Shown here piece by piece: positions 37,446-46,126 of a stretch of 64,000 nucleotides of DNA; the stretch's first letter is position 1; each line of letters opens with the position of its first letter. A program made the position numbers and the translations under genes. This DNA comes from a virus. The stretch lies in the IMG/VR virus record IMGVR_UViG_3300028327_000585. One strand, written 5' to 3'. The notes beneath the pieces are model-generated. The model made no database searches, was not told the DNA's origin, and saw nothing but the letters and a program-made list of their open reading frames with translations.

Positions 37446-37913
37446 ATGTTGAAACGAAATCTTGAACGCGAAATCTTTAGATCAAGAATCAGGCGCTTTC
37501 TGGAGAAACGAGCCGAAGAACTTGAGAAGAAAGCCGGCCCGCGGCATCAATACCAGTTGTCCAATATCCCGCAGTGGCAGCAGCGATCAAGATTAGGGCA
37601 ACCCGGACTTGATTACAAAGAGATTGGGAGGATTCTGGCGGAAGACGCCGTGAGGGTTGCTCGGAAAAATCCTAATCCTGTAATTATGTTGAATTTGCAG
37701 CCGCCAACAATCGCGACACAAAGAATAACCAACAGGCTGAAAGAGCGATTGGCAGATATTGATTTGGAAGATGCGTATGGACAAATCGGATCGGCAATGC
37801 TCGAAACATTAACCGGCATGTCCTTGCCATACCAAATATTGAATGCGGCAATAGCGATTGCCAAAAACGCTTTAGAATACATAATACAGAGATTAAGACA
37901 CAACTTACTTTGA
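37446..37913 (+). CDS. Hypothetical phage protein, paralog of 7231-7710
   Basis: EKRAEELEKKAG and DAYGQIGS; lone plus-strand gene. Confidence 0.65.
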   Translation: MLKRNLEREIFRSRIRRFLEKRAEELEKKAGPRHQYQLSNIPQWQQRSRLGQPGLDYKEIGRILAEDAVRVARKNPNPVIMLNLQPPTIATQRITNRLKERLADIDLEDAYGQIGSAMLETLTGMSLPYQILNAAIAIAKNALEYIIQRLRHNLL

Positions 37914-38135
37914 TGACTTTTGACTTCGTTTGATTTCTTGATTGATTTTCCATACTTGCCTGGGAAAATCTCGCAAATAATAGTAAGGCCAATTCGTCTT
38001 GGGGATCAGCGCTTTGTCAAATTCTTCCGCAAAAATTCTCGAATAGATACGAATGGATACCACCCAGCGCATTGGAATCATGAGTATCAATAGCAATGCA
38101 AGACCAATGATGATTGCGGTTTTGGTTATTATCAA
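37905..38135 (-). CDS. Small membrane protein (TTG start)
   Basis: Strong SD AAAGGAGG; N-terminal TM segment. Confidence 0.6.
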   Translation of the reverse strand: MIITKTAIIIGLALLLILMIPMRWVVSIRIYSRIFAEEFDKALIPKTNWPYYYLRDFPRQVWKINQEIKRSQKSSK

Positions 38136-38207
38136 ACGCTATGCCTCCTTTCAGGTTGTATGTTAGCAGGACAGAAAGATTATTCTGTTCCTCTTTGCAG
38201 GTCATTA

Positions 38208-38396
38208 TCAATCTGCAGGCTTGGCTTTCGGCTTTAAAAACATTATAAGCCTGTTGTCGTAGATTGCTACAGACACTGGATCTCCGTCATAAGAAGTGAT
38301 TGGAGACCTTACAATATTTTCCAATATTTTGCTATTACCAAACTCGTCGCGCTCGTCAAAGAACTGAATCGGATTTAATTCGTCTTCGTTAATCAT
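38208..38396 (-). CDS. Hypothetical protein
   Basis: SD AAGGAG; overlaps the upstream stop. Confidence 0.55.
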   Translation of the reverse strand: MINEDELNPIQFFDERDEFGNSKILENIVRSPITSYDGDPVSVAIYDNRLIMFLKPKAKPAD

Positions 38397-38775
38397 TGCG
38401 GCAATTCTCCTTCAAAGTTGTGATTTGGGCGTTTTTAAGTTTCTCCAAAAACTTCCGGCCACAAGTCACTACACCGCCGAATATTTTCCCATTTCGATAA
38501 TGGTTGTAGACGCACCAGCCGTTGCCGTCGTCTTCAAAGTTTTTGCATTGTCGTTGCTCTTCCTGGATGATTGAGTGGCATCTTGTCGCGAACCCCAGCC
38601 ATGAGCCGTCAAGAAAAGTCTGCTCAAGCGCAATCAGAACATCGTCGCAAATCAGGCCGTAAACCTGCATGACTGTTCTGAGATGGTTTATCTGTTCTTC
38701 GCGGGTATCCAGCCCCATCGCTACATAATATGCGGGAAATTGCTCGAATGTAGTTATGTTTGTGAGTTGTTCCAT
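38389..38775 (-). CDS. Hypothetical protein
   Basis: 3' part of track ORF 38389-38850; ATG 38775 chosen. Confidence 0.55.
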   Translation of the reverse strand: MEQLTNITTFEQFPAYYVAMGLDTREEQINHLRTVMQVYGLICDDVLIALEQTFLDGSWLGFATRCHSIIQEEQRQCKNFEDDGNGWCVYNHYRNGKIFGGVVTCGRKFLEKLKNAQITTLKENCRND

Positions 38776-38934
38776 GCTCCGGCTATTTTTCAACCCTGAC
38801 CTCCCGAAGAACTTCCGAATGACAGCCGGGGTTTCCGTCTTGATCCGCAAAAACAGTAACCTTCGTTACAAACGGAGCTTTCGCGGCTTTTTTGGCAAAG
38901 GCTTCCGCTTTCTCTCGGCTGGCAAACATCGCGT

Positions 38935-39102
38935 TCCAAAACTTGTTGTCGGCATTGAATCCTCCCCTCCCTAAAGGGCGGGGATTCCTGTTTCATCAAC
39001 CACTGCCTTGCTCCGAGAGGAACTTGGTCTTACATAGTCTCCACAGGCTGACGCCGCCATTCCGACGGCCAAAATGTTACGGGAAGCGTTGATGTCACGA
39101 TT
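38935..39102 (-). ncRNA. Predicted TnpB omega-RNA (reRNA): ~148-nt scaffold plus flank-derived guide UGCCGACAACAAGUUUUGGA
   Basis: Retained segment corresponds to the tnpB 3' end and right end, which encode omega-RNA in IS200/IS605 elements; co-oriented with the surrounding operon. Exact ends are inferred. Confidence 0.6.
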
Positions 39103-39163
39103 GCAAGGAGAAAATCGCGCCTTATATCCCCGCCCTGAAGAGCGGAGTTTTACGGCGCACTGG
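38955..39163 (-). mobile_element. 209-bp non-autonomous IS200/IS605-family element (PATE) with both ends and a tnpB 3' remnant
   Basis: Minus strand: target TTAT (39164-39167), left end with AAAA guide plus hairpin CTCCGCTC-TTCA-GGGCGGGG; NRDINASRNILAVG..ACG TnpB tail; right end GAAT plus hairpin CCCCGCCC-TTTA-GGGAGGGG ending TTCAA. Confidence 0.9.
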
Positions 39164-39180
39164 ATAACAAAATGTATGTA

Positions 39181-39618
39181 TCAAAGTTTGTATAACTCCA
39201 CCTTTCTCTCGGACAAAACTGAATCAATAAGACTGTAAACAACAGTCCAATCGCCGCCGCCCAATCCGCAGCCAATCAGATACGGCATGGCGATGGTGTC
39301 TTCCGGCTCAGTTAAATCCAGTATTTTACGCAGACAGCTCTTCATCGCGTCGTAATTCGTATTACGCATACCAAAGCCGCAGCCGTATTGGGAAAACAGA
39401 TTTAATATAATCTGGCCAGAATCAATTTGAACCGGTAGCACAGTCCCCAGCAAATCTTTATGGTTTTTGATATATTTAAGATACGAGCTAAAGACCTCCG
39501 GGTACAGATTTTTAATTTGAAGCGCCACACCGCCACCCATCACACCCTGGCAGTTGACCTGGTGGCAGATGTATTTTGCGCTTGTGTTGAGTAAGTCGCC
39601 GCTGATAATCGTAATCAT
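39181..39618 (-). CDS. Macro domain (Appr-1-p processing / ADP-ribose-binding) protein
   Basis: GDLL...ICHQVNCQGVMGGGVALQIK, IAMPYLIGCGLGGGDW. Confidence 0.92.
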   Translation of the reverse strand: MITIISGDLLNTSAKYICHQVNCQGVMGGGVALQIKNLYPEVFSSYLKYIKNHKDLLGTVLPVQIDSGQIILNLFSQYGCGFGMRNTNYDAMKSCLRKILDLTEPEDTIAMPYLIGCGLGGGDWTVVYSLIDSVLSERKVELYKL

Positions 39619-39755
39619 CCCTAATCCCTCGAAAAATTGTTGCTTTCGCTCAGTTTGTACAATTCGTCCTGAGCTTCGTCGTCAGGCAACGCACGATAAG
39701 TTGTATAACCTTGGAAGCGCATCTCTGACTTCCACTAAAAATCTCATATCTCCTC

Positions 39756-42700
39756 CTAAACCCTGACAATGATTTTGTCTGCCTCTTTTAATAAACACTG
39801 GTGCAGTTCCTGCGTATATGACACGTTGTATTTGTCGCCGCGCCAGTTCCCCTCGGTTACAACTGTCAGCAGTATCTTGCCTTCCGGGTATTTATCTGGC
39901 ATGGGGTTGTTATCACTATAAACCATAATACTTTTAATCGCTATACACTCTTCAGGCAATATCTCGTCAACAATAAATTTTCCCTCGTCGCTTTTCGTGT
40001 CCGCTCGCCCTTCAAATGCGTAACACTTGCCCAGAAAAATCTCTTTTTTCTTCCAGGTCGACGGGAAGATAACAAGCTGCATTTCCCCATTGGCTGTAAC
40101 TATAGACGCAAAAGCCATCTCCTCGTTTTTGGTCTTGGTATAGAAACGGTGGACATCAATAACGATTCCGACGACGCTCGTGCTGATAAGAAAACCAAGC
40201 CACCACGAGTTTTTAGTCAAATAGCTCTCAAATATTGAAAACCCATAGCAGGTTGTTTCTGCGTCACCAGGTATAGGTTTTCTGAGTCTGGCCTGCAAGC
40301 CAAAGGATTCCGCCGCGTCAAACAGGCTGGCGAATGCGACCTTGTTGGATTCCTTGCCGAACTTCATAGCCAATTCCAGATTGCCGTGAACGACTTCCCG
40401 CTCTCCAAAGCAATCAAGTGCTCCCGACAGACACAGTTTCAATAGCTGCGTCTTGTCGGGGCTGACCTTGGCACAAAAGTCGCCAAGCCCTGCAAAGGGT
40501 GCATGGTCAACTATCTTCTGCGCTGTCGCCCCCATGCCCTTCAGCGCGAGCAGTCCGATCTGAACACCGTCCTTATACGGCCTGAAGTCTGTTGATGGAT
40601 CGTTGACGTCAGGCGGATAATACTTTGTTGTCTGGGCAAAGCGCGGCAACGCTGACATCAGATAATTTGTATCGGCTATCTTCGAGGTCAGGCAGCTTGC
40701 TACAAATTCCCTGGGATGATAATGTCTCAGGTACGCCCCCCAGTATGAGAGTACAGAGTAGGCGACGCTGTGGGACTTGTTGAAGCAATAATCGGCGAAA
40801 CTCACAATGTCGCGCCACAGCTCCTCAATGGTCTCCCTGGGATAGCCATTGGAAACAGCCCCGCCAATGAACTCGGCTTCCAGTGAGTCCATTAGTTCCT
40901 TGTCTTTTTTTCCAATGGCCTTTCTTAAAACATCAGCCTTTGCGAGCGAGAACGACGCAACATGGCAGGCGACAAGCATCACCTGCTCCTGGAATACGAA
41001 CACGCCGCAGGTCTCGCTCAACAACGTCTCAAATTCCGGGAGCAAATACTCGCGGTTTTTGGAGGATTTATTGACCGCGTATTGTCTTGTCAACCCCGAT
41101 TGGAGCGGTCCCGGTCGGTTCAAGGCATTTATGATTGCCAGGTCATTAATGCTCACAGGCCGAAGCTGTTTTAATAGAGACTGCACTTTGGTTTCTTCGA
41201 GCTGGAAGAGGCCGAGTCCGTTGCCGCCGTGCAACGATTTGAACACATCTAAATCATCCAGAGGAACATAATCCAAATCATAATAGTTTTTTCCGATCTG
41301 TTCGCAAACACGGGCGAGAAGGGATATGGTTTCAAGCCCCAGGAGATCCAATTTTAACAATCCGTATTTTTCGGTGTCTTTCATGTCAAGCTGGCAGACG
41401 TTGATTTTCTTTGCATCGTCGTAGCTGAGACCGACCATATCCTTTAAGTCGCTCGGCGCCACGACGATGCCCGCGGCATGAAGACCTGACTGCCGGCAGA
41501 ACCCCTCTATTATTTTGGCATCCCTCCAAACCTGCGGGAAAGAAGCAATAAAATCGTCAACATCATCTGTCCCTACAAAATCATCAAGTTTGGAGTGCTG
41601 GTCGTACATAGATTTGGTCACAGTATTGATGTCCAGATAATGCACCCTTGAGTCTATCTTCGCCGCGTCCTTGAGGGCGTTTTTGGCTTTGATTTTGTTG
41701 TAGGTAATAATGGCGGCGACCCTTTCACTGCCGTAACGTTGCGAGAGATAATGTATCACTTCCAGCCGCCGGTTACTGTCAACATCAATGTCAATATCAG
41801 GGAAACCTCCGCGCCTGCCAGGATTGAGAAAACGCTCAAACAACAGGCCGAATCTTAACGGATCTACGCGCGTAATCCCCAAAATATATGAGACGATTGA
41901 ACCGGCGGCGCTGCCTCTGCCTGGGCCGATACCAATGTTGTTGCGGCGAGCGTAAGAAACAACGTCATAGAGAACCAAAAAGTAATCAGCGAAACCAAAA
42001 GATTTAATTGTTTTTAGCTCAAATTCCAGACGGGTTAAAATGTCGTCTGTCGGGTTCGGGTATCTTTCAGTCAGCTTTTTTCTGACAAGGGTTTCAAAAG
42101 TCTCTTCTGAGTTTCCAATATCGAATTTCGGAGTTCTGTCTATAGACAGCTTTACTATATCAGTCCTGGCTTTATTTGAAAATGAATGATACGCTTCTAT
42201 TGACGATGGGATTTTGGCGGCAATATTAAAATGCGACGAATCATAATAATATAGGCTATTAAAACTACCTCCACCTTTACCTTTTGAATCTATATCTTTC
42301 AATAAATCAATGATTTGCAAGTCGCTTTTATTGAGAGCGTGGCTTTGATACCAAAAGATTGCCGGAAAGTATAAATATGAGCTATGTTTCGGATCGCAGG
42401 TTGAATTTATATAAAGATATACTTTCAAATCTTTCATCAGATCCAAATACTCATGCTCCGGCGAAACAACAAGAGCGTAATCGCCGGCCAGAGTTCCCGC
42501 CAGGTCATCTATGCTTATGCGGCCCAAGTCATACCGCTTGTGCCGGTTGGCTATAGCCACACAGCGGCACATGGCGGTATAGGCCGTCTCGTCAAAAGCG
42601 TATATCACCACCGGGGCCGACGGCCTCGTGCTCTGGATGTACGTCGCCGTCGTGTAGAGTTCGACAGCAGGAATAAACCTCTTTCCGCTCTTTGCGAGGG

Positions 42701-42833
42701 CGACGAGATTCCCCAGATTCGCGTTGTCGCAAATGGCTATGGGGTCAGTGTCCAGCTTCAGCAAGTCGTCCAGTTTATTAGCTGACTGAAGAAAGGTCAG
42801 CTCGCTGACAAACCCCAGAGAGCAGTACATCAA
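39756..42833 (-). CDS. dnaE: DNA polymerase III alpha subunit (phage DnaE)
   Basis: GPGRGSAAGSIVSYILGITRVDPLRFGLLFERFLNP, FPDIDID, GLHAAGIVV, LKLDLLGL, FNKSHS; PHP domain degenerate; no intein. Confidence 0.96.
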   Translation of the reverse strand: MMYCSLGFVSELTFLQSANKLDDLLKLDTDPIAICDNANLGNLVALAKSGKRFIPAVELYTTATYIQSTRPSAPVVIYAFDETAYTAMCRCVAIANRHKRYDLGRISIDDLAGTLAGDYALVVSPEHEYLDLMKDLKVYLYINSTCDPKHSSYLYFPAIFWYQSHALNKSDLQIIDLLKDIDSKGKGGGSFNSLYYYDSSHFNIAAKIPSSIEAYHSFSNKARTDIVKLSIDRTPKFDIGNSEETFETLVRKKLTERYPNPTDDILTRLEFELKTIKSFGFADYFLVLYDVVSYARRNNIGIGPGRGSAAGSIVSYILGITRVDPLRFGLLFERFLNPGRRGGFPDIDIDVDSNRRLEVIHYLSQRYGSERVAAIITYNKIKAKNALKDAAKIDSRVHYLDINTVTKSMYDQHSKLDDFVGTDDVDDFIASFPQVWRDAKIIEGFCRQSGLHAAGIVVAPSDLKDMVGLSYDDAKKINVCQLDMKDTEKYGLLKLDLLGLETISLLARVCEQIGKNYYDLDYVPLDDLDVFKSLHGGNGLGLFQLEETKVQSLLKQLRPVSINDLAIINALNRPGPLQSGLTRQYAVNKSSKNREYLLPEFETLLSETCGVFVFQEQVMLVACHVASFSLAKADVLRKAIGKKDKELMDSLEAEFIGGAVSNGYPRETIEELWRDIVSFADYCFNKSHSVAYSVLSYWGAYLRHYHPREFVASCLTSKIADTNYLMSALPRFAQTTKYYPPDVNDPSTDFRPYKDGVQIGLLALKGMGATAQKIVDHAPFAGLGDFCAKVSPDKTQLLKLCLSGALDCFGEREVVHGNLELAMKFGKESNKVAFASLFDAAESFGLQARLRKPIPGDAETTCYGFSIFESYLTKNSWWLGFLISTSVVGIVIDVHRFYTKTKNEEMAFASIVTANGEMQLVIFPSTWKKKEIFLGKCYAFEGRADTKSDEGKFIVDEILPEECIAIKSIMVYSDNNPMPDKYPEGKILLTVVTEGNWRGDKYNVSYTQELHQCLLKEADKIIVRV

Positions 42834-43132
42834 ACCGCTCCGACCAGCTTCTCCAAAACACGGGAGATCACTTGAGCATCATTGCTTTCGTGCTGGATAT
42901 AGATACCGAGGGACTTTATGTAGCCATTAACTCTGTATGGCTCCTGGTCGTCGTCTTCATCGCCCTCTCTCTCGATTATGGCTAATTTTGTCTTAGTGTC
43001 CATATTCGGATCACACTCGTCCAGCTGAATGTGCATCAGTTGCCATTCGCCCCAAGTTTTGTCGTATTTCCAACTATAGCCAGTCTTTAACGGTCTGTCT
43101 TTGAGTAAATTAGATATGTCTTCATCCTTCAT
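42830..43132 (-). CDS. Hypothetical acidic protein
   Basis: SD AAGGAG; coupled to dnaE. Confidence 0.6.
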   Translation of the reverse strand: MKDEDISNLLKDRPLKTGYSWKYDKTWGEWQLMHIQLDECDPNMDTKTKLAIIEREGDEDDDQEPYRVNGYIKSLGIYIQHESNDAQVISRVLEKLVGAV

Positions 43133-43172
43133 TTGAAGCTCCTTAATTAAAAATGTTGTAATTGATTACGTG

Positions 43173-43823
43173 CTAGGACGGAGATTTACCGTTAAGCCAG
43201 ATTTCTTCTACGGCTAAATCAATGTCATATCCCCAGGATATTCCATACCCACGAGGGCTTAATCTTACGTCTTTGAAAAACGCTTCGTCTTTCAGCTCTT
43301 GAAAATCCTCAAATTCGTCCAGCAGCGGCTTGACATCATAGAGCTTGACTATCCATTTTTCAAAAGTAACCTTGAGCATCATATCCGGCAGCGCCTCAAC
43401 CTCTATGGCCTGGGGAGATACTCTGAATTTTTCCTCTTCCTCCAATGTCCATTCTTCCCCGGTTTTGGGGTCAATCAAAGATTCACAGTCTCCGCACACG
43501 GCGTGAAGATGTTGCGGCTCTACGTCGTACGCATATACCTTGAGAATGAGCGATTCTTCTATTGGGAAAACCTTGCCAATTGTCCCATCGGGAAACACCA
43601 TGTAAGGCTGTTGCCACCTGGCGTCAAACTTGGGCGTTGGCATCCCCTTTGATTCAATCAGTTCTGTTGATTCGCGTAGAACGTCAGCCAGAAGCATCTT
43701 TTTTTGCTCCGCTTCTTCCTGGGTTAATTCGCTGTCGTCTTTACAGACAATATTCTGCCAAAAATTGTGGTATTCGTCTAAGTCATACCATCCAGCTTCA
43801 TCTTTTTCTGGCAGTCTGCTCAT
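43173..43823 (-). CDS. [unknown]-[partial DUF4160]-DUF2442 chimeric antitoxin-like protein
   Basis: GMPTP...LKVYAYDVEPQHLHA...IDPKTGE followed by AIEVEALPDMMLKVTF...YDVKPLL...VRLSPRGYGISW..DIDLAVEEIW. Confidence 0.75.
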   Translation of the reverse strand: MSRLPEKDEAGWYDLDEYHNFWQNIVCKDDSELTQEEAEQKKMLLADVLRESTELIESKGMPTPKFDARWQQPYMVFPDGTIGKVFPIEESLILKVYAYDVEPQHLHAVCGDCESLIDPKTGEEWTLEEEEKFRVSPQAIEVEALPDMMLKVTFEKWIVKLYDVKPLLDEFEDFQELKDEAFFKDVRLSPRGYGISWGYDIDLAVEEIWLNGKSPS

Positions 43824-44140
43824 TTAGGGCCTCTCTTCTTGGGGCCAAGTTTGTTCAGCAGATCTTTAGATTCAGTGATTTCCTCTTGTGACTTAAATAG
43901 CTTTCTCAGCCTTTTTTGTTTTGCGGGCGACATTAAATGTCGTTCATTTTTAGAAACTTCGCCCGTATTTGGGTCAACGTGAAACCTATGCCCCTCATGA
44001 CGATAGTGAAAATGTGGCGTTGCCTCACGTCCGGTTTCCACGACTAAAACGTCGTTAGATCCGTATCGTTTAGCTTTTGCCGCCTCTTTCTGAAGCTCTT
44101 CTTTGCGAAGCATGGCTATAAGCATTTCTATTTTGAGCAT
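43820..44140 (-). CDS. DUF4160-like toxin-like protein
   Basis: EATPHFHYRHEGHRFHVDPNTGEV; coupled (ATGA) to the DUF2442 gene; ATG 44140 chosen. Confidence 0.6.
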   Translation of the reverse strand: MLKIEMLIAMLRKEELQKEAAKAKRYGSNDVLVVETGREATPHFHYRHEGHRFHVDPNTGEVSKNERHLMSPAKQKRLRKLFKSQEEITESKDLLNKLGPKKRGPK

Positions 44141-44159
44141 GTTTGCCCGTCCTGTCTCT

Positions 44160-44729
44160 CTATATTGGAAAACGGACACACCAGCAGATCTGCTCCAACA
44201 TACCCGCTAGTGTCTGGGGATCATTATCCTCAGATTGTATGACGAATCGCGGATCCATAACATTACCAATTATTTTGTTGTCTTTACCGTAATTCATCCA
44301 GGCTATAGTACTTTTTTGTCCCAGCTCTTCAGATGTATACGTCAATGCCCATAGCTTGAGATTTTCTTTGTATTCCCAAGCTAATTTTTTGTTCAATGTC
44401 GTCCTGCTTCCAATCGGAGCCATTCCAAGAGGATCTTCCTTTGTCAGTCTATCAATCTCGGCGGCAATCAAGGCTCCCGCTTTTACAAGGTCTCTTATAC
44501 GCCCTGATTTGTCGCGATTCGCCCATCTTTCGTCCCATTTTTCAGGGAAAAATCGCTCAGGTTTAATCTGCTTCTCTTCATCGTAGCGCGTATAGGGAAT
44601 AGGACGAGGCAAGGCGTAATAGCAAGCGGCAAACGCAAGCTCTCCGCTTTTATTTTTTGCGTCGTGCGCGTCGCTAAATTTAATTCTTTGTCTGTCCCTC
44701 TCTTTGGCAATAAGCTCAACACCTGTCAT
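44160..44729 (-). CDS. Conserved hypothetical phage protein
   Basis: LIAKERDRQ...GELAFAACYYA...RDLVKAGALIAAEIDRL, a widespread phage motif set. Confidence 0.75.
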   Translation of the reverse strand: MTGVELIAKERDRQRIKFSDAHDAKNKSGELAFAACYYALPRPIPYTRYDEEKQIKPERFFPEKWDERWANRDKSGRIRDLVKAGALIAAEIDRLTKEDPLGMAPIGSRTTLNKKLAWEYKENLKLWALTYTSEELGQKSTIAWMNYGKDNKIIGNVMDPRFVIQSEDNDPQTLAGMLEQICWCVRFPI

Positions 44730-44834
44730 TCAATACTCCAAAAACAAATCTGATATAGCAAAAAAGAGCAGCAGCAGAATCAAAAACGTTGCTACCGCGG
44801 CGAGAAACGCAATGGGTCTCAACCTTCTTTTCAC
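44730..44834 (-). CDS. 34-aa hydrophobic micropeptide (GTG start)
   Basis: VKRRLRPIAFLAAVATFLILLLLFFAISDLFLEY; fills the gap between two genes exactly; no clear SD. Confidence 0.4.
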   Translation of the reverse strand: MKRRLRPIAFLAAVATFLILLLLFFAISDLFLEY

Positions 44835-44836
44835 TG

Positions 44837-45691
44837 TTAAGACTCACAATATTCAGTGCGCTTACATCCAGGCCAATGCCAAGATGCGGCGGCTACAGCG
44901 CAATCAGTTACATACCATATTGGTTCTTTAGCGGTAAGCAAAATATCCACTGACCACTTGCCACCAAGAGCTTCTCCTGCTCTGGAAGCTAACTCAAGCA
45001 CACCATCTATATCATGACTATTGCAAAAGTCGTCATAATTAAACACATGTTCTTTAGGTTGAAAACCGCCATCTTTTAGAGCGTCCAGAGGCCAATAAGG
45101 ATGCCAGCATATAATCTTAGGTCCATCAACAAATACCCTAAACTCTTTTGTTACAGGAAAATTTCCGTACTTGGGGCATATGCCTAATGGAATTACAGGC
45201 AGATATTCTCTCATAACCCAAGTTATTGGGTACGGCAGATTCATCATTTCTTGAAATGTGGCTATATTGATTATTCTTTCAACTAAAGTTGGCAAACCTG
45301 CCTTCTTAGCCTCAGCATCATTACATGATACAAAACAAGTCTCCTTCCAGTCATGCTTATAAGAAGTTTCACCTGACCTCAAGAAAACAGGATACTCTCT
45401 CTTGTCATTAGTTATTTTTTCGTATCCAACTCTAAGACGATTTGCAAAATCCTCTAAAAGAGAGATGTCCCCTTTCCCATCAAAAGCATTGTATATTGCT
45501 TTGACCACTTCCTTACTAGCAAACTCAATATGAGTCTTAGGAGTTGGGAGACCAGCCCTGACCAGTGCAGGATACCAGTAAGACAAACAGTTTTTGTTAA
45601 GGGTTTTCGACTCTCTATCAAAGGAGTCCTCGAAAGAGGTCGGCTTCTCACTACCTATTATGCGATCTAATTCTGGAATGCTAAAATCCAT
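44837..45691 (-). CDS. ATP-grasp-like protein (R2K-type, inference)
   Basis: YPVFLRS...KH.W, WVMREYL, KEFRVFV, WSVDIL...WYVTD pattern. Confidence 0.55.
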   Translation of the reverse strand: MDFSIPELDRIIGSEKPTSFEDSFDRESKTLNKNCLSYWYPALVRAGLPTPKTHIEFASKEVVKAIYNAFDGKGDISLLEDFANRLRVGYEKITNDKREYPVFLRSGETSYKHDWKETCFVSCNDAEAKKAGLPTLVERIINIATFQEMMNLPYPITWVMREYLPVIPLGICPKYGNFPVTKEFRVFVDGPKIICWHPYWPLDALKDGGFQPKEHVFNYDDFCNSHDIDGVLELASRAGEALGGKWSVDILLTAKEPIWYVTDCAVAAASWHWPGCKRTEYCES

Positions 45692-45700
45692 TGCTGCCTC

Positions 45701-46120
45701 CTAAAGTATATTCCATTCGTGTTTCTCCATTTCTTGTTTCCTGCACTCGTCCGCCAATTCGGGGTACGCTTCGGCTATCGCTTTGTATATCTTTGAGCGG
45801 ACGGCGTTGAGAACCTTTTCCCGTTTCGCGTTGCGACAAAAACGCCTCACAACGGAATGATATTTGGTTAGGTTGTGCCTGATATAGTTGACAGAAATCT
45901 TGTCCAGAACGCTTTTGCGGCAAGACCCATTCAACGGGCTAAAGTCGGCCTTGCCCTTGTGTATGGCGTTGTGGGCTTCTATCGCCTGTTTATAGACATC
46001 TTCAATAGGAATTTTCTTAACATTGATCTGAAAATTTTGAATGCCCTGAAGAACCGCCGCACGCTTATCGGTCGCGAAAGTCACGGCGGCTCTGATTCTG
46101 GCACTGGTTTTAGGTTTCAT
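45701..46120 (-). CDS. Hypothetical basic protein
   Basis: 139-aa ORF in the operon; VNYIRHNLTKY. Confidence 0.6.
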   Translation of the reverse strand: MKPKTSARIRAAVTFATDKRAAVLQGIQNFQINVKKIPIEDVYKQAIEAHNAIHKGKADFSPLNGSCRKSVLDKISVNYIRHNLTKYHSVVRRFCRNAKREKVLNAVRSKIYKAIAEAYPELADECRKQEMEKHEWNIL

Positions 46121-46126
46121 GCCGCT

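Larger units (their letters stand above)
38783..39180 (-). pseudogene. Reading frame interrupted by the IS200/IS605-type mini-element
   Basis: Removing 38955-39163 gives 62 open codons YIHFV-I-ADNKFWNAMFASREKAEAFAKKAAK..., in frame with and directly after the macro-domain TGA. Confidence 0.45.

Noticed and set aside
38790-38999. Track ORF MMKQESPPFREGRIQ... as a real gene
   Set aside because: It starts inside the IS right end and runs out of frame through the interrupted phage ORF; an artefact of the insertion.
39164-39173. Insertion site ATTTTGTTAT matching the 13-mer promoter motif at 8239 and 16794
   Set aside because: The match is largely explained by the TTAT target requirement in AT-rich DNA; the empty site would read TGTTATTGC, not a -10 box.
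39620-39750. Small frameshifted ORF between dnaE and the macro gene (MRFLVEVRDA / MRFQGYTTY...)
   Set aside because: An SD is present but the two short frames could be chance; too little evidence to call a gene or a programmed shift.
39756-42833. Intein or intron in dnaE
   Set aside because: Length (1025 aa) and continuous motif order leave no room; no C/S...HN splice motifs or LAGLIDADG seen.
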